Origin: Eledone cirrhosa
Taxonomy: Eukaryota
NCBI GenBank assembly: GCA_964016885.1
Contig: OZ024751.1
Span: 23,932,001-23,996,000 of the forward strand
DNA length: 64,000 nucleotides
Reading direction: 5' to 3'
Positions 13,201-26,560 of the stretch are shown here, in pieces. Each line of letters opens with the position of its first letter. The first letter of the stretch is position 1. Under the pieces are notes generated by a model. That model ran no database searches, was not told where the DNA came from, and was given only the letters and a program-made list of their open reading frames with translations. The translations under genes were made by a program, and so were the position numbers.

Positions 13201-14044
13201 CTATGATAACAAATTATTGCCTTTAAACATAGACATTCTATTTTGGTAATTATCATCAAGTAATTAACTCAGGGTGACCTGATGAGATTGAATGACCTTA
13301 AAAAATGTATGAGCGGGATAATTTGAATATTTAGACTTTCTACAAATTTAACATATCCTGTTAATTTAGGAATTCAAATAATTTGCATTATATTTTTCTA
13401 TCATGTTTGTCATAGGTAAAATTAGGTAAAATTAGGTAAAATTTGATATTAAATATTATGCAGAGAATATGTATTAAAGATTAATTTAATTTTCATGTCT
13501 AGCGTAGGATTAATATTTCTTTGAAATTTTGCCATTCGAGAATTCGAAATAGATTTTGGTAGATTCCTGTTCTTTGCTATCTGAGTTAAAATTCCACCAT
13601 GAACCATTATGCCCTTCATATCTTAGGGTTCGAGAAATATAATCTATGTCAATCCAGTCCAATAATTTATTATAATGACGAAATTATCATTATTATGATG
13701 GAACTAAGGGCGGTGGATTGGCACTATCGGTACAGAGTCGGATGCCATGCTTTGCAGCATATAGTTACGTCCCTTTACGGTCTGAGTTCAAATCCCGCCG
13801 AGGTTAAATTTGCTTTTAATCCTTACGGTGTCGACAAAATAATGCTCCAGTAACGTACTAGGGTCGATTTAATTGACTTTACCCTCCCCCAAAATTACTA
13901 GAAATATTTATTATTACGGAACTATTAATGAGTATAATGGGATGTACTGCGGTGTCTGATTGGGATCTGCTAGTTCAAATGATGCTTCTATTAGTAGTTG
14001 AAACCCGTAAGATAGAATCATCAATGGGCAGACCAATAGAAATA

Positions 14045-14235
14045 TAATTGTTTCTACTTTTGGCACAAGGTCAGCAATTACTCCAGTGCATTACTGGTAC
14101 TTTATTTTATCGACTCCGTAAGGATGAAAGGCAAAGTTAACCTCGGCAGGATTTGAACAGAGATCATAAAGGTCCGTAACTCTATGGTGCAAAGCATGGC
14201 GTCCGACACTCTACCGATACTGCCAATCCTCCGAC
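14045..14235 (-). mobile_element. Full-length major tRNA-derived SINE with TSD
   Basis: SINE consensus (ggattggcagtatcggtagag...gttcaaatcc..ccgaggttaactttgcctttcatccttacgg.gtcgataaaataaagtaccagtaatgcactgg...tgtgccaaaagtagaaacaatt) flanked by the direct repeat gaccaatagaaatataat. Confidence 0.92.
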
Positions 14236-14649
14236 CAATAGAAATATAATATCATCGTTAAACATAGCACGTCCATGGAAAATGATTATTGATGACCGAT
14301 AGATAGAATCAGCAATGGACAGACCAAAATAAATATTATTGATGACCGGCAGATGAATGTAAACATTGTTCCCTGGAACCGATAAGGCGCTCGGTTCTTT
14401 TCATTGTAACCAACAGTTTATATCAATTTATGAATGGATTATTTCAACAGTAGTTTTAAATATGATAGGAGAAATAAAATAAGATAACGTTTCACAATTT
14501 GATGACAGAGACGAGTGATGGATGATGAGATATAACGTGACATATTTATTATCGACAGTCGATCGACTTTCGTCAAATCGGACCGAGGAAACAATGTTTC
14601 CATTGGTCTTTCCAATTGCTAATACCAACTATCGGTCGCAACTCCAGGT

Positions 14650-14773
14650 AGAAGGAGCAACGTTAAATAAAGTGTTTTGCCCAAGGACATAACGCATCGC
14701 CCGGTCCGGGAATTGAGCTCACTACTTCACGATTGCGAATCTAATTCTCTAACTGCTCAACCACGCGCCTTCA
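14650..14773 (-). mobile_element. Second tRNA-derived SINE family with CORE-like domain (relatives at about 7190-7445 and 50810-50935)
   Basis: Minus strand tgaaggcgcgtggttgagcagttagag...gagctcaattcccgg followed by tgtccttgggcaaaacacttta. Confidence 0.65.
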
Positions 14774-15764
14774 TATTAATTATAAAGGGAGGTAAACCGA
14801 AGTTCTTGCTTACATCTCATCACGAAAGTAGATTTCTGGGTATATTTATATCAATATATCATTGTACCAGTAATGTACTGGGTATTTGCTGGCCTTGTGC
14901 CAAAAGTAGAAACAATTATTTAGTTGGCTAAGGAAGATGATTTGTCAGAAATACATAGATCGATGGACAAATTGATTTGAGGTATTCAGTTTCATCTTTT
15001 TTTAATATATATAATTGCGTTCGAATCTTGCCAAATTTAAAGTTTTATTTCGATATTTGGGGTCGTTAAAATGATATACCAGTAAAGTACTGAGGATATA
15101 TACGTTTGACTATATACTTCTCCAAATATGTAGTAGAATGTTTACATTATGACAATACCATCAACGTTCAGTCTTGTCGAGCAGGATATCTTCTAATGGG
15201 AAATAATTACCTTAAAAAAGCAATCATGGACATTATCAAATACCAATTGAAATGTGTTCGTGATGTTTCGTACCCTGTTGTAAAGGGAAATGACAATAAT
15301 ATATTGGGGCGTCAAGTATAGAATTTGTAGAAATTTGTAGAAAAAAACACAAAGTTCTACAAATTTCATACTTGACGACCCAATAGAATGTCCCTTCTTT
15401 CTCAATCTGACTTCTCTTGTTATATATTATATAAACATGCTGTCTGGAGTACAGGGCCTTACCTGAAACAACGTATAGCACTTAGAGCGTACGGTGTCCA
15501 ATAATCAATTTACAACTGTTTAATATATATAGCAAAGTTTCTATTACAGCGTTAGCAGGCAAGGACACACAATTACGGATACACACTTTAATAATAAATA
15601 AGAAAAGGTATGGTGAGTTACTCCCCTTATATCACGAAATCCTATTTTCCCGCTATCATTCATTTAAAAATAATCTATCTCTGTACATAACGAATTCAAA
15701 TGAACCTACCCATGCAATCGCCACCTATCTTTACATCGGTCAATGGTATACACAATGAAAACAA

Positions 15765-15818
<54 letters not shown>

Positions 15819-16025
15819 CACACATACACACGCACATATGCATATGTTCACACACTCATGGGTGTGTATGCATAACCTAATATGTCAGATACTTTTAGCA
15901 TCTCAGCAACGACACCTAACCCCTCATCTGTCTTCCTTATCTTCAGATCGTTAAATGCTTTATCTACCTACCATACTGCTGTCAACTTTCATATCTAACC
16001 CTGTATCAGGATTGCAAGGTGTAGG

Positions 16026-16124
<99 letters not shown>

Positions 16125-16154
16125 CATTGCAAACTTGACTGTCACCACATATTA

Positions 16155-16193
16155 TGAACCTGAAGATTGCGAAACCATGAAAGTACTTGTTCA
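16155..16193 (+). ncRNA. Minimal type I hammerhead
   Basis: tgaac CTGAAGA ttgcgaaaccat GAAA gtac TT gttca. Palindromic stem III. Lies in a short island between (TA)n tracts. Confidence 0.75.
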
Positions 16194-16311
16194 ATTAACA
16201 CTTAGAATTTAATATTCTATCATACTATTTCATTATAATACCATTATAAATTTTAAAGGATTGTAAATAAAACGAGTAAATCAGACAAAGTTAGAATTCC
16301 TCTTATTAATA

Positions 16312-16345
<34 letters not shown>

Positions 16346-16346
16346 C

Positions 16347-16389
<43 letters not shown>

Positions 16390-16570
16390 GAGAAATATAT
16401 AAAGAAGAACAAACCGTTAAAACATGTTTATTTAAAATAGCACCAACGTACTAGATAATAACACTTCTAATATTTAACGCTACAGGCACAAGTATTGAGC
16501 ACCTTTTGCATATGCTATTGGCAAATAACTACATGTATCGCCTATGTCTTCTTCTCTCTCTCGATGCTTA

Positions 16571-16967
<397 letters not shown>

Positions 16968-17314
16968 GATTTTGAGTTTATGTTGGTTGTATACCAACAC
17001 CTCGGAATGCAGGCTGGAGCACTCGACGAAGTGCGCAGGTTGGTTTGGTTACTCCGGAGTAGAGTAAAATAAAGTTAAATAAAAGTCAAATGATTAAAAT
17101 TTAGCTTCGTTTATTACTGCTATATATATCTCAGTGACAGCCATCTTTGGCTGTGACCTCTTCAGGCAGTTTGAATTAGTATGGAATAGACAAGTACATA
17201 TGTTGTTTAGGTGTATAATATTGTCAATACTCTGATATGCCCAGTTCCTTGTTGGGTTGTTAATTCACTGTTAATTCGCGTAATGGAGAGATAGCATGTT
17301 TTCCAACAGACAAG
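16968..17314 (-). mobile_element. Inverted 3' end of a different PLE family fused head-to-head with PLE 2
   Basis: Minus strand reads a decayed ORF-end-like segment, then a hammerhead (17116-17170) and an AATAAA-containing tail that ends in the large (TA)n tract. No visible match to the PLE 2 3' UTR outside the ribozyme core. Confidence 0.7.
17116..17170 (-). ncRNA. Type I hammerhead (GAAA mutated to GAGA)
   Basis: Minus strand: actgc CTGAAGA ggtcacagccaaagatggctgtcact GAGA tatata TA gcagt. Confidence 0.75.
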
Positions 17315-17323
17315 TCTGGCAGA

Positions 17324-19397
17324 ATGTCGGTTGACAGCCTGCCAAACTACATCCAGGCAATGCAACCCCACATCACTACCACAAGAGAGGTAACACCACA
17401 GGAGCATGAGGATAGAGAAAAAGCCCTCAATGCCCATATGGTGATGTGGACGAATATAATGCAGCCCAACAAAAGGACTGCCAACAACTTCCAGGCCTGG
17501 AACAATGACGTGCCGGCGTTGTATGGGCTTCGAAAAGACCATAAAACGGGCTGGGACCCTGTCACGAGACCACCAACACGACCAGTCTGTGGGGCTAACA
17601 TTGCTAGTAACTACAGACTGTCCTACTTCCTCTCCCTGATCATACGCCCCATCATTGAGATGTCGTCAGATGTGTGTGACAGCACGGAGGACCTCCTCAG
17701 CAGAATCGGCACGGGTAACCGATCTGGGGACCTAACAAACTGCATAATAGGCAGTATGGATGTTGTGTCCCTGTATCCATCTATTGACGTGGATTTTGCT
17801 GTGGAGAAATGCGTAGAAATGATCAGCGAGAGCAAGGTTGAGTTCCGTGGGATTGATACCAGTGAGCTGGGACTTCTACTTAAGCTTACCCATAGTAATA
17901 GTTACCTAGACACTTATGACCTTAGCAACCTGTGCCCTACAAGACCAGCAAGAGGCAGACCACCTACCATTACCTCAATGGCCAAGAAAACCCACACAGA
18001 TAGATGGAACGGGTGGACCAGAGCCATACGGACACCCGAAAACCACGATGAACTGAAGAAAATGATTGCACATGCGGTAGGGGCCAGCATAAAATTAACC
18101 CTTAAGGAACATATGTTCAAATTTAATGGTAAAACATATGCCCAAGAGGAAGGAGCAGCCATTGGTGTTAGCATTGCAGGCGACATAGCTAACTTATTCA
18201 TGGTATGGTGGGACAGTAGACTTAAACAAAAACTTAATGAACAATTAGAAGACAGCTTAACCCTGATAATGTACTCCCGCTACGTAGATGATATAAACAT
18301 CGTAGTTAAGACACCCCCACTAAAGAACAGTCAGGAACTAGAGAAAAACACAATGGAAAGCATCCAGCAAATAGCAAACTCCATCCACCAGAGCATTAGA
18401 GTTACTATAGACTACTCAAGTAGACACCCCAACCATCGATTACCTGTACTAGACACAGAGCTCTGGTTAGATACCATTAACAACCAAAAACAAATTCTCC
18501 ATTCCCATTATGCCAAACCCATGACTTCCAAACATCTGATCCACCGAAACTCGGCCATACCAAAATCAACATACTGATTGCGGATTTGGTACGGGTGATG
18601 AGAAATGTGTCCCGCATGTGCAACCCCGAAGAACTAGAGAGACACATACAACACTTCATCCACCGTATGCAGTTCTCTGGCTACAATCAGAGAGATAGAA
18701 TCAGAGTGTATAAAGGAGCCAGAACCAAATGGGAAAAAATGGTAAATAATGACATAAATGGGACCTGCCCCTTGTATAGGAGCAAATTTTGGAATAGAAT
18801 AGAAAGAACTAGGAACAAGGCCAATAGAATAAACTCATGGTATGATAGCAATAAATACCAGAGTGTAATGTTCATCAATACAACCCCTAGAGGCGAACTA
18901 GCCTACAAATTTAGAAGGGCCCTAAATAAACATAATCTCAATATTAAGATAGTAGAAAGACCTGGTACCTCCGTAAAAACACTTATTAGCAAGACATACC
19001 CGTTCCAAAGACCCTCATGTATAGATAAGAAATGTATAACCTGTAAAATAAGCCCCCATATTAACTGTAAAACTAGAAATGTAGTGTATAGCATAAGATG
19101 TACTGAAGGACAATGTAGAAACAAAAATATAGTGTACATAGGTGAGACAGCTCGTACTATAGGGGAACGAATAAATGAACACTGGCGAGACCTCCAAGAT
19201 AATAAAGAATCATCTGTGCTCTACCAACATGCTAAGATAGAACACAGGGGTAGATTACAGAGCATAGAAATAAAAATAGAATCCACGCACAGAAAAGACG
19301 CAATGTTTAGGCAAATTATGCAGTAAGCATAAAAGAATTAAAACCAAAATTAAATAGAAAATACGAGTGGAACAGCAACATCACAACTTACAATTAA
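17324..19397 (+). pseudogene. Frameshifted PLE RT / GIY-YIG ORF
   Basis: Motifs LYGLRKDHK, PTRPVCGA, GSMDVVSLYPSID, GAAIGVSIAG, SRYVDDIN, LPVLD, then CIDKKCITC..CKTRNVVYSIRC..YIGETAR..ERINEH. Frameshift near 18560 (SAIP / KINILIADLVRVMRN) and near 19321 (RQIM / AVSIKELKPKLNRKYEW...TAA at 19395-19397). Confidence 0.93.
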
Positions 19398-19691
19398 GGA
19401 CAAAATGAAAACACACACACACATAGAACAAACAACTTACAATTGAAAACACACACAAAATGAAAACACACACAGGAGAAAATGAAAACACACACACACA
19501 TAGAACAAACAACCAACCAATAATAAATAAATAAATAAATAAATAAACAAATAGAAAAATGAACACAAACACACACAGACACCCGGATGTGGCACATGCA
19601 CAAACTGAGCACACAACACACACACAGAAACAAAATGGCGTAGGATAGAAGAAAGAAAAGGCACCGAAACGAAGAGAAGAAAGGAATCCCC

Positions 19692-19736
19692 AGTCACTGA
19701 AGAGGTCACAGAGTGTGTGACGAAAGGACTATGACT
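19692..19736 (+). ncRNA. Minimal type I hammerhead in PLE 2 pLTR
   Basis: agtca CTGAAGA g gtcac agagtgt gtgac GAAA ggac TA tgact. Confidence 0.85.
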
Positions 19737-20013
19737 ATATATATAAACAACTATCTGGTTGTGGAACCAACCAACCAACCAGAAATTTATAAGTTTGTAG
19801 ATTTGTAAATTTATAAATATATAATAAATTGAAGTGAAAGCAACTGGTGCGTGTGTTTCTTATTGGCAACATGACCCTCCCAAAGTATAACAATATATAT
19901 ATATATATACGATATATATATACGATATATATATATATATATATATGTCGAGTTTGGTCAGCATAGTTTCTTGGTGATGGTTATAAGGGGCACTAAGAGT
20001 GCTAAAAGGTAAG

Positions 20014-20179
20014 TCATTCCGGGTTGAATCGGAGGTAACCGCAGTAAGTAAGGTACTCAATACATAGCAGAGTGTACAAGTTTTAATATAGAAGAGATTC
20101 TACAGGACTAGAACTGTTTCATTTGTGAGAAATGATGATTACTCACGAATGAAACAGTTCTAGTCCTGTAGAATCTCTT
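20014..20179 (-). mobile_element. Family A pLTR fragment, fold-back
   Basis: Inverted arms gagattctacaggactagaactgtttcatt / aatgaaacagttctagtcctgtagaatctc centred on the hammerhead core. Confidence 0.85.
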
Positions 20180-20403
20180 ATATATATATATATATATATA
20201 TATAGGGGAGGGTCATATTTGTGTAATATTGCCAGAATTAATAACAGAACACACTCACTGTTTGGTTGGTTTTCGCTTCTCGCTGTCTTTTATATCTGCG
20301 ATCTAACTTAATCGGTCCTCAATGTTGCCATATAAAAGACGTAAAATAAGAAAGAAGTATGGATAAATCATTATAAGAGATCTTTGAATGCGAAAAATGG
20401 TTG

Positions 20404-20453
<50 letters not shown>

Positions 20454-20658
20454 ACCATTTTTCGCATTCAAAGATCTCTTTTAATGATTTATCCATACTT
20501 CTTTCTTTTCAGTATCAGATATACCGCTACCAATTCGAATATACTTATCTTATTATTCTGTGGCAAATTGTTTTGTAATCTGGAATATCCCACACCTTTT
20601 ATTGACATGTCACAGTGTATATATATATATATCCAGGGTTCCCTCAGTATTTGACTCT

Positions 20659-20886
20659 GTCTATGACTTCATCTATCAAACCCAGATATACAGAGATAAG
20701 TGTTGTCATACTATGACTACATCTATCAGATCCAAATATACAAATATAATGGTTGTTGTTATATAGTCTATGTCTTCATTTGCCAAACTGAAATATATAT
20801 AGATTATTTTTGTTATGTTGTCTATCACTTCATTTGCCAAACCCAAGCATGCAGATATAGTTGTTGTTACTATGTTGTCTATGACT
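20659..20886. repeat. Diverged ~55-bp tandem repeat, about 4 copies
   Basis: Recurrent gtctatgacttcat(c/t)t..caaac...ata.a...ttgtt. Confidence 0.7.
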
Positions 20887-22020
20887 AAATTAAGTCTAAT
20901 AATAAACATATTATTTTCCATTACACTTCTAAGTTTCTCTTCAGTTAAAAAATAGATTATATTAGGGATTACCATCTTCAAAATTCGGGTTTTGTTTTGT
21001 ATGTTTTCTTTGTTTATATATCATACTGGAACTTTTGTAAAATTTGATTTGAGCAAGTGTAAACAGCATATCTCCATCATGTAAACAACAGGATTTTAAT
21101 TAGGTATGAATTAATTGTAAAACAGAAAAACAAAAGATAAAGTGAAAGCGCGACTAATTACTACACAACACTGCTTGACGAAAAAATATAAGATCAATTC
21201 ATGCAGAGAAATAGATTATTTACCAAATTCGTTATATGTAGTGACTAATATTATTGTTGTTGCTATTCGTTTTTATTTTGTTGTTGTTGTTTTTGTTGTT
21301 GTTTTTTGTTATATAAAAATTATGGACATCCAGCCTTTTGTCTTGCAACAAATTTGCAACTGCTATTAAGTTATTTATTGTCAATTGACAGGGAGATGTG
21401 GTTACGAATTTTAGAAGATCAAGTGACAGTTATTGAAGCTCACCCATTTGCAACTAATATTAAGCTATCCATTGTTATTTAATAGGAAGATGTGGTTAAA
21501 CATTTTAACAGATTAAGGAACAGTGATTGAATTTAACCAGTTTATTTACAATTAGTTTCCTTTCGTACGAATAACAATCAAATTATTAATTGATTAGGTT
21601 TCAGAATATGTTGAATACAATCACCAGTAAGTATATTTAAATGGTCCTGGGGTCGAAAGACGCTCTCGTTATAAACGGTTTGTGTTGAGCATTTAAATCT
21701 AGAGGAGCACAGCTTAGGTTGAAATACACTTGATTTCTTCCAGAGTGTGAGAGAGAGAGAGTAAGAGAGAGAGAGAGAGGGGGAGGGAGAGAGAGAGGAG
21801 AGAGAGAGAGGGAGAGATAGAGAGTACAGAGATAGAATTGACCTGAATATTGAACTGGTATTTTATTTATCGGTTTTGGGGTGATAAAAATCAAATTTTC
21901 CTCCTCTGGATGTGAGTTCAAAGAGCAGAGATTTGGAATGAAACACTGAAGATTACTCTATTCGACATTCTAACGATTTTACCACCTTAAGTTACACACA
22001 CAGACACACAAACACACATA

Positions 22021-22138
<118 letters not shown>

Positions 22139-22225
22139 TATATATATATATGTATCTATATATGTATATATATATATCAAATGGTGTATATAGCTTATCA
22201 AATGATTCTATGGACATAATTTATA

Positions 22226-22282
<57 letters not shown>

Positions 22283-23010
22283 CTCACACACACACACATA
22301 TATATATATATATTCGCATATTGCACGTATTACACATATATATCTGTATGTAGGAGATTAGGCCTTTCCTGAACACATATATTTTAATTTAGCAGCTCTT
22401 ATGTTAAACTTAAAATATTCGTCTCCTTAGATTTTCTTTCCTTAAGCTTTTGATTCCCATTCTTTTGTTGTGCCAATCAACTCTTACAATATATAAAATA
22501 ACACAGTATTCTTCCTCATAAGACTCTGAACATTTTATATTTTTCTTTTCTAATTGTTTCTGACATATAAAATAACATATTTGTGTTGCAAATTGTCAGA
22601 TATTTGCTTCAGATACTTATTACAAATATCTATTTTTACATTTAGCTCCAGCTACCTAATATAATCAATTAGTGTTTACATATGTTCATTCCAGCCAGAA
22701 ATTAGTTTCAACGTTAATTATTGTCAGCTGAAAAGAAGACATCACCAGATGTTGATATATTGTCAATATTTGCCAGACTGGAATTCATTTGGAGGATATA
22801 ATAAATTAAATAGGCAAAAGCATGACTTTGTGGTTAAGGAGTTTTATTAGCAAACCACCTGCTTCTAGGTTTGGCCCCACTATGAGCTGTCCAAACCATT
22901 GGGTAAGTTTCCCTTACTATAGCTGAGCAGTGTCCTTAGGGTGAAATTTGCTTGACTGAAGCTGAATATATATATATATACATAAGCATGCGTGTGCGCG
23001 CGTGTGTATC

Positions 23011-23182
23011 TCCGGTCCAATCGGGGGTAAGCACAGTAACTAAGGTACTCAATACATAGCAGAGTATAAACATTTAATATAGAAATTGGTTCTACAGGAC
23101 TAGAACTGTTTCATTCGAAGGAAATCATCAGAAAAGGATGATTTCCATTGAATGAAACAGTTCTAGTCCTGTAGAAGCAATT

Positions 23183-23190
<8 letters not shown>
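23011..23190 (-). mobile_element. Family A pLTR fragment, fold-back
   Basis: Same sequence as 20014-20179, with the inversion centred near 23132. Confidence 0.85.
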
Positions 23191-23217
<27 letters not shown>

Positions 23218-23407
23218 GGAAAATGTATGACCCCGACGGCAGAGATCAAGCCGTTTCGACGGCTATTTCTGGACAGAAATAGCCGTCGAAGCGGCTTGAG
23301 ATCTGCCGTCGGGGTCATATATTTTCCAATTACCCACTCTACTACTCTAAGTATTGAGTACTCTGGTGCGTTATGGTCCATCTGGTCCCTTACCACAACT
23401 CCTTCGT

Positions 23408-23410
<3 letters not shown>
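23218..23410 (+). mobile_element. Family B pLTR fold-back in (TA)n
   Basis: Palindrome gaccccgacggc...gccgtttcgacggcta / tagccgtcgaagcggc...gccgtcggggtc plus tail acccactctactac...cttaccaca. Confidence 0.88.
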
Positions 23411-23443
<33 letters not shown>

Positions 23444-23609
23444 ATATAAATATATATGTGTGTGTGTGTATATATGTGTGTGTGTGTGTCTCTATTTATA
23501 TATAAAGGACCGCGAATTAGAAGGTACGCTTTCATTTCGTTCAATGGGCTCATACGCACCGTTTTTTGACTATTTTATTTGGTCGAATTTACGGTGAGAT
23601 CTATATATA

Positions 23610-23797
23610 TAACAAACGAAGTGTGGTAAGAAACCGGGTGGACCATAATGCTCCAGAGTACTCGATACTTAGGGTAGTAGAGTGGGTAATAGGAAAAGAG
23701 TCAGGACCCCGACGGCTGAGCTCCGGCCGTTTCGACAGCTAGATCTAGCTGTCGAAACGGCCGGAGCTCAGCCGTCGCGGGTCTGACTGTGTTCCTA
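23610..23797 (-). mobile_element. Family B pLTR fold-back in (TA)n
   Basis: Same architecture in the opposite orientation, subfamily with cagctag stem II. Confidence 0.88.
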
Positions 23798-26560
23798 TAT
23801 ATATATATATATATATATATGAAGTATTTCCGTCGGAAAGGTACAGGAAAAAGAGTGCTCTATGTAGGCTACAGAGCTTATTAGTTATGTAATGAACAAC
23901 ATAAGATAATTATTTCATTTACCAGTGGTTTCTTGAAGGCAGATGTTATGTCTTTCTTCAGTCGTCAGAATGAATAAATAACGTGTGCGTGCGTGCGTGC
24001 GTGCGTGTGTATGTATGTGTATGTATGTGTGTTTTTGTCTCCTCAATGTTTGTGTCCGTATTCATGTTCAAATATTAGGTTCAGTATTATGTAATGTTAA
24101 TCTGAAATGGTAATTTGTATGTATGTTTTCTGTGGATGTGTGTGTTTATAGGATTATATAACTACACCACATATTTACTTATAGGCAATACATTACATTA
24201 AAGAAATGTATTATGGGCTTCAATATCTACGATCGTAAACAGGTGTCACTGAGCTGATAGTGAAATTGTCCAAAGGAAATATAGTATTACTGATATTCTG
24301 TAGGCTATATTTTCTTTCCTATTGTTTGAATCAATTCTCGTATGCTTTGTTAAGTTTTCTTCTGCAGTTGAACGCTTAAGTGTCCTCACAACATCTGTGA
24401 AGAGATAATCAAATGAGTTTTCAGATGAAGAGCTGGTTTCTGAAAATTCGTTCTCCCATCATCCCAATGAAGTCAAATATATGTAATGACATCTTGGATC
24501 AGGACGGGGGATTGACAAAGTTGTTACACGGTAGGGCAATATGCTTTGTGATAACTGTTCCTACTCAGTACGATCTGAGTTCAAATTATACCGAAGTTAG
24601 CTTTTGTCTTTCCTTCTTTAGCGGTTGATAAAATAAAGTACCAGTAACACAAGGGTCAATTTAATCGACTTTTCTCTTCCCATCAAATTGTTGGACTTGT
24701 GCAACAAGTAGAAACAATATTACCCTGGATTATACAATAAACATACAGTTATTTATCAGTGGATGCAAGCGTCACAGAGGGAGGAAGTAATCCCTTCACA
24801 ACACAATGAGGCGTTCCCAGGTTCGATCTCACTTCATAGGATTACTGTCATTATCAGAATCTCTGGTTGACCCAAGCCTCCTGACTGAAATTCGACAGAT
24901 AAAACTGTGTTGAAGTATGTCCATTGAATTAGCTTCGGACGTGCATTAAGAGTACACATCGCTGTGGAATACTCAATCACTTTACCCATGAATTTCATGA
25001 GTTTGACGTTCAATTAAATATTCAAATGAATGAATGAATGCTCAACGTCGAAACTGACGGAGGATCACGGTTACTCATAATTGAAAGCTGATTTATGTGT
25101 ATTTACCTGTCCTCATGTTGTGTTCATACTAGTTGTTAGCTTATTGTGTTAAAACATTCAGAGACTGACACCCAAACCATTGTGGCTATAAAATATGGGG
25201 ATTAGGTAGGTCTTTAACCCCCATCCCACATATCAGGGCATGAAGATATGGAATTGTTAGGGCTAGATACACGCAGTGGGTCTTTCAATGCAGCAATAGA
25301 CGTATCACATAGGTTTGCAACAATGAAATACAACTTCAATTGTTTCCCCAATCGAAATGTGATATAAATGCGAGTAATGTGGTAATATTTCTGTCTACAA
25401 TTTGAAATTCTGTCAGGTTATGGATGGATGGGCCGACGTCTTGTCGTTGTGTTGTATATTTTTATAAATGGAAGGAAGAAATGACGAACATATAGAATCA
25501 ACAGATATCCATCATATATAAATACATAGGTTTTATAAATAAAAATGAAACATATTGGAAAAGGTAATAATATATCATTTTAAAAAGTTTAGGAAAATTA
25601 AAGCGAACTAACACAAACGCATGACGCATTTGAACATACGCAATATGAGTTGACTAAAAAAATTAATGGATAGTTTAAATGCTAAGAGAGAGAAATCAAT
25701 TTCATAAGTGAAAAATTTGAAAAGAGTAATTGAAATGAAATGGGGAAAATATAGAAATACAAAAATAGTTAAGTTGAAGAGATGTTAGAAAATTGAATAA
25801 GAAATGTATAAATCATATTAAGATGTTTTTAATATATAAGATGAAAAACCTTCTGGAAATTTCGTGTTGAAATCAAAGATTGTAATAAAAAGATTTTGAT
25901 TTAGGAGAAAATTAGTTGGAATCCATATTAAAATATTAGTTATGTTGGGAATAAATTTATAATCCAATTTAAAACAATACTATGGATTTCAATTTTCCTC
26001 AAGGAAATTATATTTTGGCAAGAAAATTAATTTTTCTATTTTGATTTTATTCAATAAAACGAGAAGTTTTTAAATAAGATATTTGTTATTTATATATTCT
26101 CTTCTTGGAATATGACACAATATTCAATAAAACTGAATGTCACTATATATATTCGTGTGTTATATACCTGTGCGTCTTTCAAGATGCAAGGATTGAATAG
26201 TAATTCCTTATCGTATTGTAACAAAGGTTAACAAGAACTAAATACATTGCTGTTACGAAATTTATACAGTGTAGACATTTAAAGTACCGATATATATATT
26301 TTAAACTCAGAGCTTAAAAATATCTAAAGGAAAGGTACTGATCGTCAGTTCACACAACTGGATATCCGACAAAATGGCGGATTGTAAAGACTGTAAGCTT
26401 CTTCAGGTTACAGTATCGAAACGAGGCTTGGAGAGATTACAATTCGAAACCGATTGAGTACGCTGTCGGAAATTTTATATCATTAATATAGCCACGCTGT
26501 ATCAAATCATGAATTGAACACTACTTTGATTTGTGAACTTCATACATTTCGCACTCCAAA

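Larger units (their letters stand above)
17315..19893 (+). mobile_element. Penelope-like retroelement 2 (5'-truncated; Naiad/Neptune-like with C-x4-C-x2-C linker), ends in (TA)n
   Basis: RT + GIY-YIG ORF, CA-rich 3' UTR, minimal hammerhead at 19692-19736 and 3' junction into (TA)n. A second copy of its 3' end lies at 50120-50490. Clade assignment is inference from motif layout. Confidence 0.93.

Noticed and set aside
19000-19180. Selenocysteine recoding in the PLE 2 zinc-finger/GIY-YIG region
   Set aside because: This region is an open frame with ordinary Cys codons and no in-frame TGA.
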